Source: the human T2T-CHM13v2.0 reference genome, Homo sapiens. Taken from it: 64,000 nucleotides of DNA. How positions within the stretch are numbered: position 1 is the first letter of the stretch; each line of letters starts with the position of its first letter. The position numbers and the translations under genes were made by a program. Positions 42,201 through 55,673 of this stretch are shown here, piece after piece. The stretch lies in assembly GCF_009914755.1 (NCBI RefSeq), contig NC_060925.1; one strand, written 5' to 3'. Below the pieces are notes generated by a model. The model did not search any database, was not told where the DNA came from, and was given only the letters and a program-made list of their open reading frames with translations.

Positions 42201-43397
42201 CTTTTAGGCTTGGAGATTGGAAGGATGGTGTGTCATTAGCAGAGCTACAAACATATTTAAAAAGTCGTTCTCTAATGATCCTTTAAGACCCAATTTGGAA
42301 GCCCTCATCCATAAAGCTTTCCCTTCCAATATCACTTAAAACTTTCCTTCCCATAGCCACTTACTCTGTTCCATGACATCACGCAGCCTTGTTGCTGCTA
42401 TCTCAGACTCATTCACTAATTGACACTACACATCTTATCTCAAGTGTTCCTCAGGACTCTTAACTTGCATTATTTTTAAGTTCTGGAGTGCCTCATGTAG
42501 TTCTGGACACACAACAAATAATTAGCTAAGAGGGCTGAATGATTGGACAAATGAATGAATGGACAAGATTTGCATGAGGACGATCTTTGAATGTTTGCTG
42601 TGATGTTATGTTTTATCATGTTGGATTCCATTCATTTCATCCCATGAAGACACTAATAACAAACACTTCTGTTTTAACTTATAAAAGTTTAAACATCAGT
42701 CCTTAACATATCATAATATCATCCCCTAGTCATTATAATTTTTGCCTTATACAAGGTGTATTGAAAGCCTTGTGGCCTGGTTTATAAACAACAGCATATT
42801 CAGTGTTGTAAAAGTGCAAGGTAATTCAAGCAAGAAATATATATCCCCAATATTTACAAAACACCTACTTTGCATCTCCTGATGACCAGCTATGACCAGC
42901 TACTTTCTACAGGGAATTGGGAGCATGCATTGAACACTTTTTATGTGCCAGTAAATGTCCTAGGAGTTGTATTTGCATGATTTCATTTGTAGGCTTCGTA
43001 GTAAAACAGGATATACGCAGAGATTTCTTCTGCTCTAGTTTGTACTTGACTACTGGATATAACTTGATTGATTAAGCAAGGAATATGTTTTTGCATCATG
43101 TGGACTTCAAATGGTCACGACACAATTGTAACAGGGAATTGGCACCTCACCCTCTAAAAAGCTGGTATTCCAGTAGACCAACATCTGGCAGCTTTGTTTG
43201 GGAAGCTGGTTGACTTCTGTTTTGTTGTTAACCGTTTGTAGTTATGAACTCTGACACTGTTTATTTTAAAGGCCCAGGAACCCGCTGCTTTTGATCTGGT
43301 TTTATATTTTGTTCATAATTTGGGGCTTTTAGGTTTGTTTCTGCTCAGTTTTGATCCCTTAATTTATGATTTTTAGCCTACGATAACAAAATATACT

Positions 43398-43871
43398 TGT
43401 TATTCATTTCCTAGGGTTGCCATAACAGATTACCAAGAATTTGGTGACTTAAAACAACAGAAATTTATTCTATCATAGTTCTGGGGACTCAAGGTTCAAA
43501 ATTAAGGCATTGGCAGGATTGGTTCCACGTGGAGGCTCTGAGGGAGAGCCCATGTCATACCCCTCTCCAGCTGCTGGAGGCTGGCTGCGAGCCTTGGCTT
43601 CCTTGGCTTGTAGCTACATCAATCTAACCTCTGTCTCTGTCTTCACATGGCCTTCTCCCCTGCGTCTGCACGTCTTTACTCTTCCGTCTTTTATAGAAAT
43701 GTGTGTCACTGGATTTAAGGCCCGCCCTGTTAATACAGGATGACATCATCTCCAGATCCTTAACTTAATGACATCTGCATAAAACCCTTTTTTCCAAATA
43801 AGGTCATATTCACAGGTTCCTGGTGTGCATATCTGTTGTGGGAAGGGGGAGGTACCATTCAACCCACTACA
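43398..43871 (-). mobile_element. MLT1C-like MaLR LTR
   Basis: cttaaaacaacagaaatttattct...tttccaaataaggtcatattcacaggttc...caacccactaca. Confidence 0.88.
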
Positions 43872-44179
43872 ATACTTACAGCTATATTTTCCAAAGCAAA
43901 CTTTAATATTGAAAATCCCACAGGAAAAATTAAAATGGTTGTTATGACAAGTCTGAAACTTTCTAGCTTCTAACCCTTTTTTCTCCATTGCAAAAATTGC
44001 TTTGTAATGAAACTTTCATTATAAATGAATATATAATTAATATAAATGAATAAATAAACCACACTTTCTTAGGATTGTAACTGTAAGTGAATTAGTATCT
44101 GTAAAGCACTCAAAATAATATCTAACACAGAATGCATTATGTGTTAGATAAATAATAAAATAAAAGTTATGTTCTAGAA

Positions 44180-44325
44180 GAGTAGACTGTATTATCATTC
44201 CATTTTACAGATGAGGGACTAGGAAGTTCAGTGAGGTTCAGTTACCAGCCCAAAGAGTGAAAGGCCATGATTCAAACTCGCATTGTCTGACTCCAAAGCC
44301 AGGTTCTTTCACTGCACCACAGTGC
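44180..44325 (-). mobile_element. MIR SINE
   Basis: ccattttacagatgagg...tgtctgactccaaagcc. Confidence 0.8.
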
Positions 44326-44994
44326 CCAGTGGGAAGTTGGGAGGAAACAGCCTGAAATTGCCATGGCTCTGTTCCAAACGGTCCTGAACCTTGGTCAGAG
44401 TTGGCCCACTGGAGAGGGGATGTTCATCAGAGAAAGTTCTGGGGGCCAAGTCAGAGGTCAGTTACTATGAGATTCGTCTGAAATTTGCTGAGTTATAGGA
44501 GAGATGATGGTCCATGAGAAGAACGTAAACAAACAGGGCTGGTGGAATAAAAGAGGGATTCGATGCAAAAGAGAGAACCCGGTGAGGTGCTAGTAGTTGT
44601 GGGGAAATGGGATTCCATGAAAATTGAGAATGTGCAGTAGCTGAAGCTTTTGGGGGGCCAGGGCTGCCTGCAGGACATACCTGATAACATATCCTTTATA
44701 AAGGCTGAGTGAGGAGACCCCTACCATGTTTGAGGGATAGAGAATGTGCTGTTTCTCATCACCCTAACAGTACAACACACAAGAATAAAAGTAAAGAAGA
44801 GAGGGAAATCAGAGAGGTTAGGTTTCAGAAAGAAATGCAAATGAAGGCCCCTTAAACACACCATCTACGCAGAAGAGGATCATAAGTGCTTTTTTATAAA
44901 CACGCGCTCTCTTCTACTTTTCTAAATTTTCCAAATTTTCTAGGCACAATATACTCTCATTTTATAGTAGAAAAACTAACAATAACTTTTTTAG

Positions 44995-45296
44995 AAAATT
45001 TTATTTTGTGTATATTTTTTGAGACAGTGTCTCTCTGTCACCCAGGCTGGAGTGCAGTGGTGTGATCATGCTCACTGCAGCCTGGACTTCCCAGGCTCAA
45101 GCAATCCTCCCACCTCAGCCTCCTGAGTAGCTGGGAATACAGATGCACCACTATGCCTGGCTAATTTTTGTATTTTTTGTAGACACAGGGTTTTACCATG
45201 TTGCCCAGGCTGGTCTCAAACTCCAGGGCTCAAGCGATCCTCCTGCCTTGGCCTCCCAAAGTGCTGGGATTACATGCGTGAGCCACCGCGCCTGGC
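44995..45296 (-). mobile_element. AluJ SINE
   Basis: Dimer; TSD aacaataact. Confidence 0.93.
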
Positions 45297-45539
45297 AACA
45301 ATAACTATTTTAAAGCCACTCTACTGAAAAGCACACATTCTTTATAGGCCACACACTCTGATGGGAGCTCAAGCTGTATCAGCTGAGAACTGTTAGAGGT
45401 CAAAGAGATAATATGAAAAACATGTAGAAACATCAAGATAAATAATAATAGTAATAAAGCATCCCTGGCATTTTAGTAAGGTGACTATGTCTGTTATGTT
45501 CGGGACTTTCATTAGGAGAAAGAGAATGTTAAATGGAAT

Positions 45540-45862
45540 GATGAAGGAGAGGAACAGCTAAATGAATACTTTGAATCAGTATTTATTGAAGAAGACAATG
45601 GGGAAATTCTTGTTCCAAGGACACATTTTATGGCAAAGCAGAGAACGGCCTTGACAGAGATTCTTCAGTCTCTCAGGAGAAAGGTATGGAGCAACTTGAG
45701 GGACTCTGTGCAGTAAATCACCAGGACCAGATGGTATTCATCCATGGGTTCTGAATGAGATAAAGTGGGAAATCACAAGTTCAGTGACAAGGATATGTAA
45801 GAGATGCTTAAAAACAGCCAATATCCCTGAAGATTGCAAAGTCATTAATATGGTATCAAATA
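45540..45862 (+). mobile_element. CR1-clade LINE ORF2 fossil (tether and start of the RT region)
   Basis: From 45552: EQLNEYFESVFIEED; after a frameshift, from 45715: KSPGPDGIHPWVLNEIKWEITSSVTRICKRCLKTANIPEDCKVINMV, matching CR1 LN.FF.SVFT.ED and KSPGPDGIHPRVLKE...PEDWK.ANV. Confidence 0.88.
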
Positions 45863-46409
45863 TGTGTGTGGAATGCGTGTGTGCACACATGATCCTTGAG
45901 TATTCTGGAGCCTTTGGAGGGGCTGGGGTGGGGAGCAGGGCTGATTTTCTTCCTTTTTTTTAAAAAAACAAAAACAAGAAAGACTCCTTAATGAAACAAA
46001 GGACAGAGGAATTTTAGGTAGCAGAAAGAGCATCAAAAGATATGAGGCCAAATTTAAGGGCTGTTTAATAACATTGAGCAGTTATTTTCCAGGCACTCAG
46101 GGAAACACTAGGATATAAAGACGAATAAACATGCCCTCTGTCTAATGCGAAAGTTTATAAGCTAATGACTGGTTATTTTCATGGTCCTGCTACTGGCTTT
46201 GATGGTAATTGGCAACGTAGCACCTCTGGCACCACCAGTGGATGTAGGAAACATCTGGTAATTTTTTCTCACTAACAAAATCATAAAGAAAGTTTCAGTT
46301 TGTTTGGCAGAATCTGGGGACTTGGAAAGCAGAGATAGACTTTCACCTCTATCCCATAGGAGTCAATCTCTGGATCCTAAGAGTTATCCATTTGGTAATA
46401 ATGCTAATA

Positions 46410-46580
46410 ACAGAGTAGCTAACGTTTATTGAGTGCTTACTAAGTACCAGGCTCTTGCTCGATTCTTTGCCTGTATCTCTCATTTCATTCTCTAAACAGT
46501 TAATAAATAGAAGACCTAGAATTTGAACTGTAGTAGTACAATTCCAAAGTTCATGCCTTTAAACATGACTCTATACTACC
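46410..46580 (-). mobile_element. MIR SINE
   Basis: agctaacgtttattgagtgcttactaagtaccaggc. Confidence 0.75.
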
Positions 46581-47011
46581 TCTCCATATGTGTGTTTTAT
46601 TCATAAAATGGAATTAAAAGTTTCACAAAACAATTCTTACCCTTATTGCAGATGATTCTCTTCTGTTTTATTAAAAGAATGATGCTCTCAAACCCCCAAA
46701 TTGATTTCATGGCCCACCAACAGGTCACAATCCACAGAGTGTCTAGAGAAATAAGAGTAAGTAAGTAACCACATCCTCTTCGACACAGAGGAACGGAAAG
46801 CTAAATGAAAGCCCTGGTATTTAAATCTCAATGCATTAGTAAAGGTAATCAGACAACTTTTTTTAAATTGCCTTGGATCATTTCGAGGTGCTTTTAACAT
46901 GGGGGCAGCTGCTATGTTCCTTCCACTCTCCTTGTTTTAGAAGAAACTTAGAAAAGTGTTCATTTCTTCACATTGAATCGTTGGGAAAGAACCCTAAGAG
47001 TTAAAAAGCTG

Positions 47012-47195
47012 TTTCTTACTTTGACCTGAAATCTGACCACCTGAAACTTCTACCCACTAATTCTGGTTCTACCAATTGGGACACACAGAATATTCTAATA
47101 TTTTTTCTACCTAATATCCTTGAAATATTTGGAATGCATTAGTGTTTCTCTTGGCTGTTTTCCCCTTCAGCATAAACATTTCTAGATCTATTAAC
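47012..47195 (-). mobile_element. L3 (CR1) 3' fragment
   Basis: tgaaatctg...aacttctacccact...ttctacc...cacacagaata...aaatatttg. Confidence 0.7.
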
Positions 47196-47199
47196 CACG

Positions 47200-47684
47200 G
47201 GTGAGTAAAAACTCAAAAGCCAATCCAAACTGGCCTAAGCAAAAAGGGGCTTCATCAGCTTATATAGTAGAAAAAGCCAAGGATTGTCCTAGCTGCTGGC
47301 ACAGCTTGATCTGGGGCCAAATTAATGACACCAGGAAAGACCAATCTCTCTTAGCATTATTGCCCACCATGTTTGTCCTGATCTCCCTTGGAATATGGCT
47401 GAAGCATATTCCCATGAATAAAGTCCAGCAGGAAAGTTAATTTCTTTCCCAGAAGTTTCAGCAAAAAATTCTCTTCCATCTCTGTGGCTCTGAAGAGGCC
47501 ATGTGCTCAGTCTTCCAGCTCTTACTGTGGTCAAAGGCACTGGATGCTTTGATTAGCCAAGCTTTAGTCACATGCCTAGCTCTGGGTTGAGAGGGCAGAG
47601 AGGCGGTCTCTAAGAGGGAGATTGCAGGGGAGGAGTCTGGGATAAAGAGAGGCTGGATAAGGAAAAGGCAATAGATGTCCATTA
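47200..47684 (-). mobile_element. MLT1K/J-like LTR
   Basis: caaactggcctaagcaaaaagggg...tgattagccaagctttagtcacatgcc...aatagatgtcca. Confidence 0.7.
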
Positions 47685-47919
47685 GAAACTGTTGCTTACA
47701 TTTCTGTCATAAACTACATCATCAAAGCAGCCTACCAAACATCAAAATAAAACACACTGGTTAGCCTTCAAAGTTCCCACAGGTTGTGGGGAGACAGATT
47801 GGGGCTGGGCAATAATGCCACAGGTATGCCCACGCATACACTGAAATGATGCCCCAGTAGAATAGTAACTCCTTATTCCTCACCTGCCATCTCCTCTATG
47901 TAGCCTTTCCTGTTTCACG

Positions 47920-48095
47920 CCCTTCATAGAGCTCCTATTGGCACTTCTACTATATTGCAATTATTTGTGTTGCAGGCTCTGTTCTTCCTGACTGTGAGTT
48001 CCTTGAAGATGGGGATTATTTTATGAATCTCTATATTCCTCACACCTAGAAAATGCCAGACAAAGAGGCATATAATTATTGCTATGTGAATGAAT
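47920..48095 (+). mobile_element. L2 3' end
   Basis: gactgtgagttccttgaagatgggga...gtgaatgaat. Confidence 0.65.
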
Positions 48096-48556
48096 TGCCC
48101 TGAGACCGTCAAAGAGGATACTCCATAGCAGTTCTTTGAGCATGGGATCAACCTGCATCTTTCTCAAGCTGCATAGATTTCAGTATCCACACCCATAAAA
48201 TCAACAGAAAAAAACTGCTTTCAGATTCCCTGGCATCCTGGGGCATGGGTGGGTAACACAGCAAAGCTGAGCAGGAGAAATAGGAGGAAGACAGGGACTA
48301 TCAGACAGATGGGATTGAAATTGTAGACCATGATTACAAATTAGAAAGCTGAGCCCAAAATGTCACAAATGTTAGAATTAGCAGTCCATAGGAACTGGGT
48401 TTAGGACTGACTCTCTTTACTCTGCTCCTTTTTGAACTACCAGAGGTGCTGGGAAAGGGAAGAAGGGTAGGGATGAATCTGGAGAAAACGAGCCTTGGCT
48501 ATGGCCAACATGAGATCTGATTTCCTACCCTCAGTTAAAGTGGGAAGAAAAGGCTC

Positions 48557-48654
48557 TACATATGTATACATGTGCCATGTTGGTATACATATGTAACAAA
48601 CCTGCATGTTGTGCACATGTACCCTAAAACTTAAAGTATAATAATAATAATAAT
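48557..48654 (+). mobile_element. very short 5'-inverted L1PA 3' end
   Basis: Inverted segment 48557-48583, forward gtatacatatgtaacaaacctgc...aaagtataa, (taa)n tail; TSD aaaggctc. Confidence 0.9.
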
Positions 48655-48749
48655 AAAGGCTCAACTATAGGTATTTACCAAGCACCCTGTATGGAAGGAC
48701 ACAAACACAGTTCCCCATCACTGGGTTCACGTGCTATTGGCAAGAGCTG

Positions 48750-49015
48750 CAAGAAGGACAAAAAACCAAACACCGCATGTTCTCACTCATAGGTGGGAAT
48801 TGAACAATGAGAACACATGGACACAGGAAGGGGAACATCACACCGGGGCCTGTTGTGGGGTGGGGGGAGGGGGGAGGGATAGCATTAGGAGATATACCTA
48901 ATGCTAAATGATGAGTTACTGGGTGCAGCACACCAACATGGCACATGTATACATATGTAACTAACCTGCACATTGTGCACATGTACCCTAAAACTTAAAG
49001 TATAATAAAATAAAA
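48750..49015 (+). mobile_element. young L1PA (PA3-like) 3' end
   Basis: caccgcatgttctcactcataggtgggaattg...G-tract...cctaaaacttaaagtataataaa, close to consensus. Confidence 0.95.
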
Positions 49016-49026
49016 GAATTACTTAC

Positions 49027-49162
49027 CTTGTCTCACATATTAAGACTGAGGCAATACTTAATGCCTCTACAAAATGGCTTAAGCTCCTCAGATAAAAGAA
49101 GGTATAGAAATGAAGAAACATTTAAAACTGATAAAACTCTTCTGTTCAAAGCATGAAGTAGG
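49027..49162 (-). ncRNA. candidate non-coding exon (136 nt) of a minus-strand lncRNA or 5'UTR
   Basis: Acceptor ttttttcatttttttcag|, perfect donor AAG|GTAAGT; stop codons in all three frames. Confidence 0.55.
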
Positions 49163-49814
49163 CTGAAAAAAATGAAAAAAACTGTTATGTTGATTAATCC
49201 TTCAATGCACAATGTTATGCCAACAGGATGCAGATGATGCAGATGACATGAATGTTTTTCCTTCGCCTCAAACAGGGAGTCAAGTCGGAGAAGCAAGCAT
49301 GAAAACAGAAACTAACCTTAAGCCAAAGCACAGGCCCTTAGCAATATTACTATATGCCCACCAGTCACCTGCCTGTGGAAATGAAATCATAACCATTCCC
49401 CTTTGCCCCGCTTCCTCTGTCACCCATCACAGACTGTGAGTACTGTCACAGGGGTATGAAACAGCAAATAATGACGCTGATACTTTTCTTACTGCCTCTT
49501 AAAGACAACCACTATTCATGGAACAACAGTTTGTAAGCTCAAAGTAATGATGGACAAATTGATTAAGAGATGCTTAATCTAAGGATTAGCATTCAGCCAA
49601 ATGCTGCTTAACATAGCCAACAAGGATTCAAAAGCGGAAACAGCTGTGTTGTTCAGGAATTTGTTTGTAATAAAAGAGTAATTTTTTGCCAGTAAAATTC
49701 GGCATTAGTAAAACCTTTAGCATCATCTCTTTCTTGTTGGAATTCCCAAGCTGGAAACTTCCTGCGATCAATATTCTAAAGACATGGTTCCTGGGTCTGA
49801 GAGGGAGGCAACAG

Positions 49815-50020
49815 CACTATAGACATCAGAGAATTCTGGGCTCCATCCCTTCCTAACAAAGAAGCTGTCTGAATTCTCTTAGCCTTGGACATTCTATCCA
49901 CAAAATAGGGCTGATAAGCAATACCTTACAGGGGTTGTTGTGAACAATAAATAAGCAATCATACATAAAGTTTCTAGCACTCTACGTAGGAGCTAAGAGG
50001 TTTTCAATCAATGTTTGTTC
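49815..50020 (+). mobile_element. MIR SINE
   Basis: ataccttacaggggttgttgtga...tcaatcaatgtttgtt. Confidence 0.7.
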
Positions 50021-50079
50021 CTTGCCCTCCTTCCCTCATCTTCTAGGACTTCCAATATACTGTTTTAAACCTACATTTT

Positions 50080-50123
50080 TGGCAAGAAGAGCAAAACTCC
50101 GTCTCAAAAAAAAAAAAAAAAAA
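50080..50123 (+). mobile_element. extremely 5'-truncated Alu (~26 nt plus tail)
   Basis: ggcaagaagagcaaaactccgtctc followed by A tail; TSD aaa(c/g)ctacattt. Confidence 0.85.
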
Positions 50124-50382
50124 GCTACATTTGTTAGCCACTAAATTGTTTAAGGTAAATAAATGAAGCATTTGCTTTTTTTCAGAAAAGGAATTTTTTT
50201 TCTTTCGTTGTGTTTCACATCATATAAGCACCTTTACCAAAAAGCCTAAGAATGATGATGAGAAAAACAAAAAGCAGTGTGAGTATTTGTGTGGGCTCTT
50301 CCTGTAAATTAAAGTCATTCTTTTAGTAAGTTGAGGAGGGGACAAGAAGGAAGATGGAGGAGACAAAAATTAAAAAATTTAG

Positions 50383-50748
<366 letters not shown>

Positions 50749-50764
50749 TGACCCCTCTGTGACA

Positions 50765-50972
50765 TCAAACCTCAGCTCTGCTCCTTGATAGTTGTGTGAC
50801 TTTGGGCAAGTTACTTGACCTCTCTGTACCTTAGTCTCAACATTTGAAAACAAGGAAAATAAAGTGCATACCTCATAAGATTGTTAAAATTAGATGAGTT
50901 AAAACATATGAAACTCTTAGAACAGATCCTGGCACATAGTAAATATTGAATAAACATTAGTTGCTAATAATC
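50765..50972 (+). mobile_element. MIR SINE
   Basis: gtgtgactttgggcaagttacttgacctctctgtacct...cctggcacatagtaa. Confidence 0.88.
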
Positions 50973-51916
50973 ATAATTATAGTGACAATAATATTTTAAA
51001 GCCCTTAACATCAATGGTGGCACATAGTAGATGCTCAAAAAATACTACCTGTTATTACTTAGACAATAAAAGTAAAAGATGATTTCTTTTACAAAAAAGC
51101 ATTCTTTTTCATTAAGTTTATTCTCTATAGGAGCTGTCTCTATACCAAGCAGAAATATATGAACATCCACTCTTATTTTATTTTATAGATAATCAAATCA
51201 GAAGATAAATTTCTTGTCTCTTTATACAAAATCTCTTTTGGAGCCCATAGTGAGTTGGATAAATGTTTTGATTATCAGGCCATTAGGCAGAATTTCCAAG
51301 GATAGCAGTTCCTTAAGTCTCTCTCTTCCCTTATGCCCACTTACCCCCCAAAAATACCCACTCAGTGTCTAAGGGCCTCCAGGGAGGCATCTTCTCCATT
51401 TCTCACAGCCCCATCATCTCTGTCTCTTTCCTACCTCTCCAGCTCTTTACCTGTCACTCAGTGCACACTAAAATTCAGCAAAAGCAAACAACATGTGGAG
51501 CCCCACCCTCGCTATGCCTTCTCTCAGGTTCACTAACGTTGCTTTGTCTCTCTGTACCTGAATTGATCTGTCCTAGACCACAGGAGGCATTCAGTACAAG
51601 TTTACTCACTGAAGGATACTGAACTGCAAAAGAATCTGCATACCAAAGAAACTGTACGCCATTCAGACCTGGACTCAACGCAAATATTTACTCTTTAATC
51701 ATTTCTGCTTGTGCCTTCAATTAGAGGAAAATAATGCATGTGTCTTAAACAATTTTCAATATATGAGAGCAGAAATAGTTCCAGATCACCATATAAACAG
51801 ATACAAAAGCAGCAAATCTCATGACATTGATGTGGAAGGCATAGAATTGTCTAGATACTTAGAATAATATTGAACATGGAGTCTTGATTGAAAATGGACT
51901 TTTTCAAACTATTTTA

Positions 51917-52224
<308 letters not shown>

Positions 52225-52835
52225 TTTCAAACTATTTTACAAGTAATTCATCTACCAACTGAAGTGCCCACAATCCCAGGTGCTGTGACAAATGCAAAAT
52301 ATATGACAGATCTCTTTGTCCTCAAAGAACTTATGATACAGTTGTGGAAGGAAAAGATACATGGGAGGGCTCAGAATATTTTAATGCTAAACTGATGGTA
52401 CTGAGAAAGCATCTCTTTAATTCTGAGAAAATGATTAGTTGGAGCTAAAATGAAAAAAGAATATAATAAAAAGTTCGGGTTCTCAAAGTACAAAAATACT
52501 GTAAAATTCACTTTAACCAGATTAATAACTTTCCCCCAAAATTTATAATTTTATACATTTTTCATGCAGGCTATAGAATACTTAAGCTGTGCTATACTAT
52601 ATCCTATATTCTTATGAATACTATTAAAAACATACATATTCACATGAGCTACAAAGCTGTAATTCAGCATTTCAACACCTATGACTTTCAAAAAATTCTA
52701 GAATTTTAGACCCGATTGTAATCATTTCCAAACTCAAACAGAGTCAAACTCTTCTATTTCCTTTTCCAGAAAGTTAAAAATAGTTAATACATTAAAAACA
52801 TGATGAATTTTTAGTTATTTGGGTTATCTACTTAG

Positions 52836-53249
<414 letters not shown>

Positions 53250-53267
53250 TAGTAAGTACTCAGTACC

Positions 53268-53395
53268 TATTACTACCATCACTACTGCTGCTATGACTAT
53301 GAATATGACTACTACTACTACTGTGGCATCTGCTACTTCTCTTACTGTTTCTACTCTTATTACTACTATTACTATTACTGCTGCTGCTACTATTC
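53268..53395 (+). repeat. degenerate (TAC/TGC/TAT)n trinucleotide repeat extending from a MIR tail
   Basis: Follows MIR 3' end gtaaagcacttagaa...gtaagtactcagt. Confidence 0.8.
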
Positions 53396-53470
53396 TATCT
53401 GTGTTCACTAGCACTTCCTTTACCAGAGGATTGGCAACATAAATAAAAGAACATGAGCCTTACCCTAAAC

Positions 53471-53909
53471 CTAAGGGTTCTTAACTTGGCATCCAAAGAC
53501 CCTTGAATATGTGAACTTGAATGGGGCAAGTTTACTTCTTTAGTTTTACTATCTGCTAATGTAATCACTGTAACATGAACAGTATCTATGACTCTGTCAC
53601 TCTTAGAAATCACAGATATTTTCATCTCACTTTATAATTAATTGTTACAGAAATAGCACTTATGTTCATCAATACTTCTCACCACTAGATCTTGTTATTT
53701 AATGCATTAATAATGAAGGATATATATTACTATATCATATCTTTGAGATTTTTATCTTTTGATAGCCATACATAGAATATATAACTGGTTCCCTTCATAG
53801 TCTTATGTATTTCATTTTATTCATTTAAAAACATTATTTTGAGAAAGGTTCAGTGGGCTTCACTAGATGGCCGAAGGGGTTCTGGCACAAAAAAGGTTAG
53901 GAACCCCTG
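53471..53909. mobile_element. hAT-Charlie non-autonomous element (Charlie4/18-like)
   Basis: TIRs agggttcttaac / gttaggaacccctg; 8-bp TSD-like ccctaaac/acctaacc. Confidence 0.75.
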
Positions 53910-54254
53910 ACCTAACCATTCACTCACAAAGCTTTGATTCATGCTATCCCTCTGCCCCAAATGCCCTACCCTCCTTTTCCTATTGATTCCCGCTTCACAG
54001 CTTGTACAATTTTGCCTTCTTTGTGAAATATTTTTCTCCCTCTCTATCATTCCAAAGAAATTGTTGATTACACTTACTTCCTGAGTTTGTAGCTCTCTTT
54101 TACTAGTTATATGATCTTGGACAAGTTTTTAACTTTCTCAAACTCATTTTCCTCAATTGTAAAATGAAAATAATAGTAGTAGATATAATACTTAGAGTGG
54201 TTGTGGGGATGAAGCAAGATTATACACATCAAATGATTACTAGGACATCTAGAA

Positions 54255-55649
54255 TAGCAAATCTCAAACTTTTTTAGTTTCAGAACCCTTTTATTCTCTT
54301 AAAAATTTTAAGAACTCCAAAGAGCTTTTACATGGGTTATAGCTATAGATATTTACAATATTCACATTTTAATATTTCTTTACTAATTTATTTTAAAATA
54401 ACAATAATAAATATTGTTATATGTTACACAAATTATGTATTAACATTAATAATATTTTTATGAAAAAACTATATCTTTTAAAAAAGGCAAGAGGACTGAC
54501 TTTGTTTTCCATATTTGTATGTCTCCTTAGTGTCTGTCTGGCTTTAATATCTATTGCAGTATGTTGTTTTTATTTAAGAATCAGAAGAAAATTGAGCCTC
54601 ACATAGACATGTAGTTGAAAAAGAGAGGAGTATTTTAAGTCTTTTCAGATAACTGTGGATATCTTTCTTGAATACTCTATCAATCTGACAAGTAATATCT
54701 GGTTAGTTAGATAAGTTGAGATGTGGAATCTGAAACAATATCAATCAACTTTTCATATTCTGTTGTATTAAAATACAGTGGCTATCTTGCACTTTGAGTG
54801 GGTCTTTCATTCACATACAATTTTACACCATCATGCATTGGTCATTTCGAATAGTGTTGGTTCACTGGGTTATGCAGATCTACAAAACATTGACATGTTT
54901 CATTATGCAACATGGAAAAAAATCGCAGTCATTAATAGCATCGCGTCTCATCAGAAAAGTCTTCAGATTTAGGGAAGCTGACAATTTCACGGTGATGTAT
55001 AAAAGTCCTCCAGAATTCTAATTTTCATATGAAAGTTCAAATTTTATCATTGGTAACAAATATTGTCAGTCATTTTTCCTCAAAGTGACAGGCTCCCTTC
55101 ATTCATTTTTGAGAAAACATCAGCCAAAAATACCCATGTCTAAATAAATGTAGTTTGCCTGTCAGTTTTTCTTTTCAAGTGAAAATGTGTTCCATGAAAA
55201 AAAGTGGCTACTCACTCATGCAAGTGTTTTTCCTCAAGACAAGCCTCATGCTTTGGTGTGTATCAGAGTGCTTTATGCATATTTCCATGGTGTCATATAG
55301 AAGATTCAATGAGTGTGGACTCAAGGGTCTATATTTATTAAAATTAATAATTTTTACTGCTTCATCAAAGCATTCTTAAGTGAAACTGGCTTTTTCCCCC
55401 TGTGTGTGCACAGCAGTGATAAATACAACAATGCATTAGTGGCAGATTCTGCTGCCATGCTTCAATTCATGTTAAGGCAACAACAGTTTTGCTCACCATT
55501 GCTTTTACACTATTGGAGCAAATGCTAACACAGTAAAAATGCAAATAGTGTCTTAGTATTATTGTGAAAATTGTTTTGACATTGTGGACTTACCGAAAAA
55601 GTCTTGGGGAACCCAGGGGACACATGAACTTCAATTTGAGAACGGCTTG
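54255..55649. mobile_element. Charlie1a-like DNA transposon (~1.4 kb) inserted in a MIR (54095-55675)
   Basis: tctcaaactttt...tcttaaaaatt...caaagagcttt...tttgagaac; target tctag. Confidence 0.85.
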
Positions 55650-55673
55650 TCTACAGCATAGTATGTGCTTAAT

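Noticed and set aside
48856-48878. G-quadruplex motif
   Set aside because: Standard L1PA 3'UTR G-tract
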